A DNA stretch of 64,000 nucleotides from a candidate division FCPU426 bacterium. Its GTDB lineage: Bacteria > Oederibacteriota > Muellerivitia > Muellerivitales > Muellerivitaceae. The translations under genes and the position numbers were made by a program. Below, one piece after another: positions 1 to 8,649 of the stretch. The stretch covers positions 828,630-892,629 of the forward strand of contig CAWCKJ010000003.1 in the NCBI GenBank assembly GCA_963796105.1. The letters run 5' to 3'. The notes beneath the pieces were generated by a model that saw only the letters and a list, made by a program, of their open reading frames with translations, searched no databases and was not told the origin of the DNA. Each line of letters begins with the position of its first letter. Positions within the stretch are counted from its first letter, which is position 1.

Positions 1-3
1 TTT

Positions 4-1278
4 TCACTTTTTTGGGGATAACATTTGGTCAATGTCATCCGCCATTTTAGAAAGCTGGCCCAGTTGATCCGGTGTCACACCCTTCATGTGGTTTTGGCTC
101 AAAGCTTTATTCATGGCCTGGCCCAATGCCTTTTGCTTGTCGGAGAATTTTTTAAAATCCGCGGGAGTAATCTTCATCATCATTCTGGCTTTCAAGATCC
201 TGTCATCCTGATCCTTCACCCTGGCTTTCAATTTATCCAGGCTTACCAGCTTGCCGGGCGCCGTGGCAATAGCGGCCGGCTTCGCCGCGGGTTGAACACC
301 AAGTTTTGAAACGGGTTTCGCGGCAGAGCCCGATGTCCCGATGGAAGGTTGGTTTGGTTGAGGAGTCGCCATGGCAACCGGCTGAGTAACTACCGCTGTT
401 GAATTAGGCAATACCCTATTCACCGGCGTTTCGGCAGGCTGGGAAACCTGCGCTCCATTAGTGTTTAATCCAGGATTCCTAGCCGGAGTTCCTTGATTGC
501 CGGAAGAGGGAGGAGGTACGGTTCCTGGTTTTGCGGAATAATGCCTTTGGAAATCATTCGGTCCATTTCCCCAAGCGGGGTTCTTTTCATTGAAGGCTTG
601 ATTACCATATATGCCATGGTGAATGAGCCTATTATTTGCCACCACCATCCGGCGCAATTGGAACATCTGGTCTTTGTTCAAGTCCATCCGGCCGTTTTGC
701 CGGTAATAACTTTGCTCGGTGTTATAGACGATATTGATCTGTACCCTCATGGATTGAGCCTGTTCCTGGGTCAATCGGTTGGATTGGACCGCCGTATTGA
801 CGGCTACCTGCTGTTGATACAAATCCTGATGAAGTTTGGAGATGTAAAGGTACCTGTCCCCTGGTGATCCGTAATCATAATTATTGCCACCTTGGAACCC
901 TTGAATCCAAGCCTCCCGTCTGGCAATAGCGTCATTGATGGCTTGTCCGTTGTCATCCAGCATGGCATTCAACGAGGTAGTTTGGGAGTAATTCAAGTCC
1001 TGCCCCCCGTTTTCATTCATGTAATTCGAGGACATCCTCCTGAACATCTCGTCGTTCTCAGCCAGGCCTTCAGCGGAATTCTGATCCAAATTCCCTGCTT
1101 GTAATGCCCCATCGATCCTGGTGATTTGCTGTCGGATTCGGGTTTCAATTTGGGCGGCATTGGGATTAGGGGGTGCTGCTTCATTGGTCTGGACAAATCG
1201 GATGGTACAACCTGTTTGAACAAGCCCCAAAAACAAGAGGGAAAGGGTTATCCACATATTTTGGTATTTAAATTTCAT
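4..1278 (-). CDS. hypothetical secreted lipoprotein
   Basis: 424-aa ORF. N-terminal signal peptide with lipobox (LVQTG|C). Gln/Asn-rich helical half, then a Pro/Ala-rich linker and a Lys-rich tail. Recurring (L/V)(T/N)xxQ motifs. No catalytic motif recognised. Confidence 0.6.
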   Translation of the reverse strand: MKFKYQNMWITLSLLFLGLVQTGCTIRFVQTNEAAPPNPNAAQIETRIRQQITRIDGALQAGNLDQNSAEGLAENDEMFRRMSSNYMNENGGQDLNYSQTTSLNAMLDDNGQAINDAIARREAWIQGFQGGNNYDYGSPGDRYLYISKLHQDLYQQQVAVNTAVQSNRLTQEQAQSMRVQINIVYNTEQSYYRQNGRMDLNKDQMFQLRRMVVANNRLIHHGIYGNQAFNEKNPAWGNGPNDFQRHYSAKPGTVPPPSSGNQGTPARNPGLNTNGAQVSQPAETPVNRVLPNSTAVVTQPVAMATPQPNQPSIGTSGSAAKPVSKLGVQPAAKPAAIATAPGKLVSLDKLKARVKDQDDRILKARMMMKITPADFKKFSDKQKALGQAMNKALSQNHMKGVTPDQLGQLSKMADDIDQMLSPKK

Positions 1279-1420
1279 TTTTCACTCCTCCGATTGGTAA
1301 TCGACTTATCCACAATGACCAGCCCCGAAAAGGTTTTACGGTTTCCTAAACAGCCCTTTGCCAAAACCGAAATCATTTTAATGTTAAAAAGACTCCCAAG
1401 CCAGGACATTGAATGACGAA

Positions 1421-2023
1421 TCAATCAACCTTTAACAATGTGAAAGATATGCCCTTTTTATTGTTTTCGGTGGCCATACCCAGAATATTTCCCTCAGAAT
1501 CCTTCAGGAAGGTCACCTCGTATTCCGAATGAATCTCTTTAAAATCGCCGTCTTCTTCCTGCGCAAAGCGGATTTCATCCGAGCCATTCTCCATTTTAAT
1601 AACGAGGAGTCCTTCCTTCGCCTCCGCCCTCGCTTGATCGCCAACTTTTTGATTAAAGTTGGCCGAAACATCCTCAAACCGGTATTGCCCCTCATATGGA
1701 TGCAGTTCCAAATCCATTTGCTGGATCTGGTTTTCCCGGCGAACCATCACGAAGATAACCACAAGAATCGCAGAAACAATGCCAGCGATCAAAAGAAGAG
1801 GGCCAATCAATTTCTTTGGCCTTTTCTCGAGTTCTCTTGCCGTTTCAATTCTTTTAGGCGTCTCAAGAACTTTTTCCAGAACACCTGGGCGCCTTGCCCT
1901 GGCAGGCAGGGAGGATTTACCGGCCGACCGAAGAGTCGTTTTTTTACGACTTTTGGGTCTTCGGGCCTTTACCGCGATTTTCTTAGGCCGAATGCTTGAA
2001 GGCTTTTTCTTCTTCGTTTTCAA
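1421..2023 (-). CDS. hypothetical single-pass membrane protein with Lys/Arg-rich N-terminus
   Basis: 200-aa ORF. Highly basic N-terminal ~90 aa, one hydrophobic helix (LIGPLLLIAGIVSAILVVIFVMV), then a small C-terminal domain. No family recognised. Confidence 0.5.
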   Translation of the reverse strand: MKTKKKKPSSIRPKKIAVKARRPKSRKKTTLRSAGKSSLPARARRPGVLEKVLETPKRIETARELEKRPKKLIGPLLLIAGIVSAILVVIFVMVRRENQIQQMDLELHPYEGQYRFEDVSANFNQKVGDQARAEAKEGLLVIKMENGSDEIRFAQEEDGDFKEIHSEYEVTFLKDSEGNILGMATENNKKGISFTLLKVD

Positions 2024-2190
2024 ACATTTTCTCCTTCAATTGACAGGTCCCAACAAGCCAAAACATTTCCAACTCCACTTACCCGGCTTGATGGGATAAA
2101 AAATAATTATTCGAATATATTCCCTTTATTCCGCTGGTCAATCGTGCATTATTAGTCCATCAAATTAGGTTTTTAGATCTATTCGAACCA

Positions 2191-2460
2191 TCATCCCCAA
2201 TAGGTCGGCGCGCCGAAAAGATGGAAGAATCTTGCGATGAAATACGCCGCCGGCAGTATGGCGAGGCCGATCACCAGGCCTAAATAAAAAGCCTTGCGCC
2301 TTTGCCGATAGATGAAACCGGGCTCAGCCAGGGAGGAAAGGCCATCTTGCACCGCGCCAAGCCGGGTTTTCAGCGTTTTCTCGTCCAGGGAACCCTGCCG
2401 ATATTCCTGTGCAAGAGATTCCATCCCTGTGAAAAACTTTTCGTAAACCTCGTCAGCCAT
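2191..2460 (-). CDS. hypothetical small membrane protein
   Basis: ORF 2191..2490. The internal ATG (MADEVYEKF) at 2460 has a weak AAGGA-like RBS. C-terminal hydrophobic helix. Confidence 0.4.
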   Translation of the reverse strand: MADEVYEKFFTGMESLAQEYRQGSLDEKTLKTRLGAVQDGLSSLAEPGFIYRQRRKAFYLGLVIGLAILPAAYFIARFFHLFGAPTYWG

Positions 2461-2647
2461 AAGACCATCCTTGGGACCGCATAAAACCATGAAGTATATT
2501 GTAATGGTCCATGGGTCTCGATTAAACGCCCATGATAGATGGGTATCCTCAAAGGATTACGCTGTGTTAATTGTTTGGTTTAACACAGAACTTTGACTAT
2601 CTTGGTGTCCAGGTACCCGAGTCCCGATTGACAGAGCAAGGAAATAT

Positions 2648-3619
2648 ATGCCCATGAAACCCCAGTTGACCATTCTCCCAGAGCCTATCACCTTGACCAC
2701 CCATATATGGCATAAGACTCCCCAAACCCTTTTGAATTTTCTGGTCGACCGCTTCCATTACCATTCACGCGAAGAGTGGGAAACCTTGATCAACGAGGGT
2801 AAAGTAAAGGTCAACCACCTTACCAGCTCCCCGGGCCAGCCTCTCCGGGCGGGAGATGAAATCGCTTATACCACCAACGCTTGGGAGGAGCCTGAAGTCC
2901 GCAAGGATTACCGGGTGGTTTATGAGGATGAAACCCTCTTCGTTCTTTCCAAACCCGCGCCCCTTCCGGTTCACGCGATTGGGGCCTATTTCAAGAACAC
3001 CCTGATGCACCTACTGCGTGAGGATATACCCGAATCCCGGAATTACCATTTAATCCACCGTTTGGATTCCGAAACCAGCGGATTGCTGATCCTGGTGAAA
3101 GACCAGCGCTTAGTGGCTCCCTTCCAAAAAGCTTGGAACCAGGATACCCATAAGACCTACCGGGCCATCGTTTTCAGGAAATTCCCCGAGGGCCGGCAAA
3201 CCGTTGACGGGCCGATCGGCCCCAAAAAGGGTTCCCCCATCCGAATAAAACTATGTGTGAACCCTGTTGAGGGGCGCCCTTCCAAAACCGAATTCGAGTT
3301 GCTGGAGACCCGCGGGCATTTTTCCTTGTTGGAAGCAAGGCCCATCACGGGCCGAACCCACCAGTTGCGAGTCCATTTGGAACATTTGGGTTTCCCCATC
3401 GTCGGGGATAAGCTTTATTCGGGCGACGACGAAACCTTCCTGCATTTCTACGAAAATGGGTGGGATGAGCATCTGGCAAAAAGAGTTCTGCTACCCCGGC
3501 AGGCTTTGCATGCCTTCCGGTTGGAATTAACCCATCCCGAAACCGGGAAAAAAATGGAATTCGAGGATCCCCTGCCGGAGGATCTGGCGTCGTTTTGGGA
3601 TTCTGCCGCCATCCGTTGA
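2648..3619 (+). CDS. RluA-family 23S rRNA/tRNA pseudouridine synthase
   Basis: 323 aa. S4-like N-terminal segment and the canonical catalytic motif HRLDSETSGLLIL. C-terminal GRTHQLRVH motif typical of the RluA/RluD family. Confidence 0.9.
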   Translation: MPMKPQLTILPEPITLTTHIWHKTPQTLLNFLVDRFHYHSREEWETLINEGKVKVNHLTSSPGQPLRAGDEIAYTTNAWEEPEVRKDYRVVYEDETLFVLSKPAPLPVHAIGAYFKNTLMHLLREDIPESRNYHLIHRLDSETSGLLILVKDQRLVAPFQKAWNQDTHKTYRAIVFRKFPEGRQTVDGPIGPKKGSPIRIKLCVNPVEGRPSKTEFELLETRGHFSLLEARPITGRTHQLRVHLEHLGFPIVGDKLYSGDDETFLHFYENGWDEHLAKRVLLPRQALHAFRLELTHPETGKKMEFEDPLPEDLASFWDSAAIR

Positions 3620-3736
3620 GGATCAGGCCGTCACCCTATCTTGATTTTATTTCTATCTTCTCAATTTTAACTTTCTTTACTAAAATGCCTCTCCTGCTTA
3701 ACCCCCCGAAGCTTATGCGCCGGGGAGCCTTCTCGG

Positions 3737-3823
3737 GCCCGAGTGGCGAAATTGGCAGACGCAATAGACTCAAAATCTATCGACCTCACGGTCATGTCGG
3801 TTCAAGTCCGACCTCGGGCACCA
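3737..3823 (+). tRNA. tRNA-Leu (anticodon CAA)
   Basis: Hand-folded cloverleaf. Acceptor stem is GCCCGAG/CTCGGGC, followed by discriminator A and an encoded CCA. The anticodon stem ATAGA/TCTAT closes loop CTCAAAA. There is a long variable arm (GACC..GGTC) and a T-arm GTCGG-TTCAAGT-CCGAC. Confidence 0.9.
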
Positions 3824-3898
3824 TTTATATCTTTATTTAAAAATAAAATTGAATAAATGGTAGTGCCATGGCGAAGCCTTGGTGCACCATTTAATCAA

Positions 3899-3930
3899 TC
3901 AAAACCCATGTGAAATCACATGGGTTTTGA
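3899..3930. terminator. bidirectional intrinsic terminator hairpin
   Basis: Perfect inverted repeat TCAAAACCCATGTG-AAAT-CACATGGGTTTTGA with T-rich flanks on both strands. It lies between the tRNA (+) and the convergent nrfD-like operon (-). Confidence 0.6.
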
Positions 3931-4087
3931 TGTTTATAAAGGGAGATTGGTAGTATCCAGACTTCGTCTGGGCGCACCACTATTCGGTTTCGATACAAAC
4001 AAACGCCAAATAAGCGATCATTTTCGGATGAAGTTTGAGGTATTTTCTTAGGCCCGTGGCTTGCCTGCGGAAATCTTCTTAACTTTT

Positions 4088-5284
4088 TTAGGTGTTTTTC
4101 TTTGTCGGGGAAAACCAGGGCGGCAGAAGCCGAACCAAGAACCATAAAATAGCGAAAGGAAGGATCAACAAAAACCCTGAAATCAAAAAGCCTTCCCGGC
4201 CCATAAATTCAGGTTTGAAAACAGTAAATCCCTCTAAACTTTTTGAAAATAGCTGGCCCCCGATGACCATATTGCAACGATCCGCGAACACGCCTATGAG
4301 GACCAAGCAGGCTGAAAACAAAAGAAACACTTTCCTGATATTTTCAGATGGTTTGAATATCTGCACACTTCCTAAAATGGCGATTGGCAGGATCGTGCCG
4401 ACGCATATTTGGACAACGACGAGGGATTGGAATAGCTTTCCAAAGACCAGTTGAAACAAGATGTTGAGGGACTCTTCTGAAACATAAAGACGGTGAACTC
4501 CATCCAGCGCAACCAGGGCAAAATCCACGATTAAAAGGTAAAAAAGGAATTTTCCCATCACATCCAGGCAGGGCATCTGGATCTGGACCTTCCGCATCAG
4601 ACTTGTGACGGAATACACCACCACCATCAAGGCGATCCCCGAGACAATGGCGGAGAACATAAAATTCACCGACATCATTGCCGAGCCCCACCAGGGATTG
4701 GATTTGACGGTGCTGAAAATGAGAGCAACATAACCCGGCAGGAATAAGGCCGCTGGAATGCCGATCGTTCCGATGACCTTTCCCGCCTTATCGTCGATCG
4801 ACAATGCTCTATCGGACGTATCTTTTTCCCCCAGGGTCAGGAGTCCGTAAAATTTCCCGGTCCACCCGGGTTTGCTGTGGGAAAACCTCACCAGATCCGC
4901 CCGGTAGTTGTACCAAATCTCGAGGAACATCACTGTCAAGTAAGCGGCATAAACAAACCCAAACATGGCCATAGGAGAGGTCCAATGAGGGGTGATTAAA
5001 ATTTCAAAACCCCTAGCCGGGTGTTCCAGATGAAACAAAAGCGGGAGAGGGGCGACAATCAGCAGGGAAAGAGAGGTCAGCATGGCCAGCCGGTAGATGG
5101 GCTTGATCTCGTGAATCTTGAATACGCGCTCCATCGAAACCAGGATAAAGGCTCCCGCCTCCAGGCCCACCAGATAGGGATAGATCACTATCAGAATGCT
5201 CCAGATCACCGCCTCATTAGGGTAAATGTAGCCCATGAGCGGATGAAAATGTTCGATGGTCAGATGTCCCGCGTTGATATCCAT
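4088..5284 (-). CDS. NrfD/PsrC-family integral membrane quinone-interacting subunit
   Basis: 398 aa, polytopic. The N-terminus (HFHPLMGYIYPNEAVIWSILIVIYPYLVGLEAGAF) is typical of polysulfide reductase NrfD-like proteins. Its start overlaps the upstream stop (TAATG), which suggests translational coupling. Confidence 0.85.
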   Translation of the reverse strand: MDINAGHLTIEHFHPLMGYIYPNEAVIWSILIVIYPYLVGLEAGAFILVSMERVFKIHEIKPIYRLAMLTSLSLLIVAPLPLLFHLEHPARGFEILITPHWTSPMAMFGFVYAAYLTVMFLEIWYNYRADLVRFSHSKPGWTGKFYGLLTLGEKDTSDRALSIDDKAGKVIGTIGIPAALFLPGYVALIFSTVKSNPWWGSAMMSVNFMFSAIVSGIALMVVVYSVTSLMRKVQIQMPCLDVMGKFLFYLLIVDFALVALDGVHRLYVSEESLNILFQLVFGKLFQSLVVVQICVGTILPIAILGSVQIFKPSENIRKVFLLFSACLVLIGVFADRCNMVIGGQLFSKSLEGFTVFKPEFMGREGFLISGFLLILPFAILWFLVRLLPPWFSPTKKNT

Positions 5285-6069
5285 TATTTCACCGCCATGT
5301 CGAGGCCCACGTAGTAAACCTTCGGCTCGGTCCCCATATATGGTTTCAAAACCTGGATCCGGTTTTCAGCGAGAAAGGCGTGAATGGGGCTTTTGGGGTC
5401 TTTCAAATCCCCGAATTTCCGGGTGCCCGTGGGACATGCTTCCACACAGGCCGGCTGTAAACCGCGGGTGATCCGGTGGTAGCACATGGTGCATTTTTCA
5501 GGAGTATGGGTCACGGGGCTGAAGAAGCGGCAGCCGTAAGGGCAGGTTTCAACGCAGAATCCGCAGCCGATGCAGTAATTGGGGTCAATCAGATCTACCC
5601 CATCCGGGGAGCGGAAAGTAGCGCCAGTCGGGCAGACCTGCGAGCAGGGTGAGTTCACGCAATGGTTGCACATCTTCGGAAGGAAAAATGTTCTGTCCTC
5701 GCTTTGTATCTTGGTTTTTTGGGGGAAACCATTCTTACCCCCGTTGGGCGAGTCGATATAAACCACTTGGCCGTTCCGGGCCTCGTATCTTTCCACCCAG
5801 GTCCTGAAATAAATTGGCTCGTCAGGAACGCCGTTTTCCGCTTTGCAGGCGGCCACGCAGCTTCCGCACCCGATGCATTTCTCCACGTCAATGCAGTAGC
5901 ACCAATTGTGATCCTCGGGTTTGTAACCTTCCGGAAGAGTGGCGGCTCCCCGTGCTTTTCGCGGAACCCAAAAGATCAGTCCCGAAGAGATCGAGGATAA
6001 TATCATCATGAATTTCAGGGCAACCTTCATAAATTGTCTGCGTGAGAGATTTTCTGAAAATGGTTTCAT
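5284..6069 (-). CDS. Tat-exported 4Fe-4S ferredoxin-type subunit (NrfC/PsrB/HybA-like)
   Basis: 261 aa. Twin-arginine-like leader (SRRQFMK) and four Cys clusters (CIGCGSCVAAC, CNHCVNSPCSQVC, CIGCGFCVETCPYGC, CTMC..CVEACP). Confidence 0.85.
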   Translation of the reverse strand: MKPFSENLSRRQFMKVALKFMMILSSISSGLIFWVPRKARGAATLPEGYKPEDHNWCYCIDVEKCIGCGSCVAACKAENGVPDEPIYFRTWVERYEARNGQVVYIDSPNGGKNGFPQKTKIQSEDRTFFLPKMCNHCVNSPCSQVCPTGATFRSPDGVDLIDPNYCIGCGFCVETCPYGCRFFSPVTHTPEKCTMCYHRITRGLQPACVEACPTGTRKFGDLKDPKSPIHAFLAENRIQVLKPYMGTEPKVYYVGLDMAVK

Positions 6070-6512
6070 TATTGCTCCGGATGATGGGGATTATGGCAAT
6101 TGAGACAATTTAGGTCGGGATTATGTTCAGCAGCCACTACCTGTGGAAAAGACTTATTGCGAAACTCGCTCATCCCATGGCATTTGAGACAAAGTTCTTT
6201 CGTTCCAATTTTGACAGGAGGCGGGGCGGAGGGATCCTCCACATGGTAAGCGGAAGGCCCGTGACAATTCTCGCAGCTGATGCCGGCATGTTTGGAACTT
6301 TTAAGTTCCGTTGTCCTTGGTTCATGGCAATCCACGCAGGCGTTTTTACCAGCATAGCGGATGGGTTTGGAGGAAATTTCGGCCAAAGCCTCCCCTCGAT
6401 AATGTCCGTATTGGCCAAATGAAGCCGGCTTCAAGAACGCACGAACCACCAAGAATAGCCCTAAGAAAGTTAGAACCAAAGCGAAGGGTTTCCAGATTTG
6501 GCCGGAAAACAT
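6069..6512 (-). CDS. membrane-anchored tetraheme c-type cytochrome
   Basis: 147 aa. N-terminal TM helix and four CxxCH motifs (CVDCH, CENCH, CLKCH, CLNCH). Stop/start overlap with the FeS gene. Confidence 0.85.
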   Translation of the reverse strand: MFSGQIWKPFALVLTFLGLFLVVRAFLKPASFGQYGHYRGEALAEISSKPIRYAGKNACVDCHEPRTTELKSSKHAGISCENCHGPSAYHVEDPSAPPPVKIGTKELCLKCHGMSEFRNKSFPQVVAAEHNPDLNCLNCHNPHHPEQ

Positions 6513-6602
6513 TTATCACTCCCCTAGGATAGCTGAATACCTTGCAAGAAAGACGGATTCCCCACTCCTTCTTCCTGCAAATCGAATCCCCGACTTATTC
6601 TT

Positions 6603-6968
6603 TTATTTCGCCACAGCGGCCTGGAGGGAGCGGAGATATTGGACCACGTCAGCGATTTCTTGGTCCGTCAACTTTCCTTTGTACTTCGGCATTTTTTTCT
6701 TTCCGAGGGCGATGGACTTTGCGGTACCCGCATCAGTCAGTTTCACCACTTTGGGGGTAGTCATATCCAGGGAAGCGGCTTCCACTTTCATCATCTTGGC
6801 CATCTTGGCTGACCCCATCGCGTCCTTTCCATGGCACGAGGCGCATTTGGCGTCATATATTTTTTGGGCGGCCGACTTATCCGCGCCTTGAACAAATGTG
6901 GAGGTGAAAAGTAATATGGATAGAAAAATCCCCAAAAATGCTACGATTTCCCTGATGTGTTGTTTCAT
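6603..6968 (-). CDS. monoheme class I c-type cytochrome
   Basis: 121 aa. Signal peptide, a single CASCH heme motif and a distal Met region (KKKMPKY). Confidence 0.8.
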   Translation of the reverse strand: MKQHIREIVAFLGIFLSILLFTSTFVQGADKSAAQKIYDAKCASCHGKDAMGSAKMAKMMKVEAASLDMTTPKVVKLTDAGTAKSIALGKKKMPKYKGKLTDQEIADVVQYLRSLQAAVAK

Positions 6969-7041
6969 GCTTTCCCCCTGATTGGAATTTATACCCTTTA
7001 TGTTTAATCGAACCCAACGAAAATTTAAAATACGAATTTTT

Positions 7042-8027
7042 TATGTTTATGCACAAAGTGACCGTGCTGTAATGGGTTTTGCTAAGGCACATGCGGTCAA
7101 AGCACGGTGAAATAAGGAATCGGGATCATGACGACGGTTGAACCGATAGGCATATTCACTTAGATACCGGCCTAAATACTTAGCATCAACGCCATGATGA
7201 GTTCCAATGATCCAGGCCTTGGCGTTGGAAATGAACCGGTGTACCCAGGGCAACCAACTTTCCAACTCTTTCGGGTCATTGGCCATCACCCGGTAGTCTG
7301 CCTCCACTCCTTTGAGTTCACGCAAGGCTGGCGAAGCATCTGTGTTGAGGAAAGAGCCTTTTTCCATAGTCTGATTCACGAATTCCTGGCTCTCCCACTT
7401 GGTTTCCATAGCTACCTTCACCTTGGCAAAACCCGCTTTTTCCTTCTTGCAACCATTCTCATCCACCCATTCCTTGCTTTCCACCGCCACCAAGACTTCC
7501 ACTTGGTTTTCCTTGGCCTTTTTCCCAAAAACCGCCCCATCCAACTCAATGACGCCCTTTAGAGTATAGCTTTCGTCCTTTTGCCTAAGACCTTCCCGGA
7601 TCTTATGCAATAGAAGCCATGCCGAATGATCCGAAAGATTTAAATGCCGCTTCAGTTCCAGGGCCGAAATACCCCGTTTGCCCTGCATCATCAAACTGAT
7701 GGCCCTGACCCAGGTTAAAAGAGGCAGCTTGGAGCTTTCAAAAATCGTCCCGGCGCGAAGCCGAAGACGTTTCCGGCAATAGTCACATTCCCTCACTTCA
7801 GGCTTGGCCTGGTGTTGCCAGAAGCTTTCGCCCTCACATTGGGGACAAACAAAGTCTTTCCCGCCGAAACGGCATCTCCACACCCATTGGCGGGCTTCTT
7901 CTTCCGTGTGGATTTTCCTCAGAATTTTAATGCTTTTCATCCGCTGGTAGCTCATGTACCACCTCCCGTAGCGGACAGTATACCTATGTATTCCTTTATT
8001 TCAAGGGTCACTTAATACAGAAGCATG
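7042..8027 (-). mobile_element. IS1595-family (ISXO2-like) insertion sequence, copy A
   Basis: 986-bp unit that recurs at three other sites. Imperfect ~22-bp terminal inverted repeats (CATGCTTCTGTATTAAGTGACC / TATG(T)TTATGCACAAAGTGACC). Flanked by the 8-bp direct repeat GAATTTTT (7034-7041 and 8028-8035). Confidence 0.9.
7047..7955 (-). CDS. IS1595-family transposase (zinc-ribbon + ISXO2-like DDE domain)
   Basis: 302 aa. N-terminal CPQC..CDYC zinc ribbon followed by a DDE-type domain (VIELDGAVFG, FLNTDASPAL, SEYAYRFNRR). Four identical protein copies occur in the window. Confidence 0.9.
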   Translation of the reverse strand: MSYQRMKSIKILRKIHTEEEARQWVWRCRFGGKDFVCPQCEGESFWQHQAKPEVRECDYCRKRLRLRAGTIFESSKLPLLTWVRAISLMMQGKRGISALELKRHLNLSDHSAWLLLHKIREGLRQKDESYTLKGVIELDGAVFGKKAKENQVEVLVAVESKEWVDENGCKKEKAGFAKVKVAMETKWESQEFVNQTMEKGSFLNTDASPALRELKGVEADYRVMANDPKELESWLPWVHRFISNAKAWIIGTHHGVDAKYLGRYLSEYAYRFNRRHDPDSLFHRALTACALAKPITARSLCA

Positions 8028-8649
8028 GAATTTTTAGATTGAATCATAAAAGTCGGGTTAAGATTAATTTCGTTTCTTCTTTGCAAGCATGATGACCGTC
8101 ATAAAAATCAGTTTTAATTCAAAAGAACAAAAAAAGCCCCAAATTAAGAGTGGTTACCTTTGGTAATCATGGTTTTTAGGATATTGCCTTTTTAAAAAAC
8201 GGAGCGCAAGATCTTCACCAAGTTTCACACTAACATCCGCCAATGGAGCCGCTTGTACCTTTTGAATATAAGATTAATAAAACCATGGGTCTGATCCACA
8301 CATCCCGGGAACCCGCTTGGGCCGCAAGACCATGAATGGGGAAATTTACATTTCCACTGGGTCCAAATTCACGCCAAGATTTCAAAATGTTTTAAGCAAA
8401 AATAAAATCGAAGGACCATATTTAAAATGTATGGATTTTTCGGAAGATTATTTTTTGTCTAAAAAAAGGTAGTTTTAGCGTAAAAAAAACACAAGCCGGT
8501 TTGGGGAAATTGAAACAGTCTTTTTAATTGGATTTTCACATAATAAAGTGTTTGGCAATCCAAGAACTTGCATTTTCTGATTTACTCGGCTTGAAAAGTT
8601 CAGGTTATACTAAATTAAACTCAAATCGATTTTTGGGGGAATTCCAAAA

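Noticed and set aside
3811-3990. Short echoes of the tRNA-Leu 3' end (GGCACCATTTA / GTGCACCATTTA / GCGCACCAC) that might mark an att site of an integrated element.
   Set aside because: The matches are only ~10-12 nt and lie within 150 bp of the tRNA. There is no integrase and no island between them, so this is compatible with chance.
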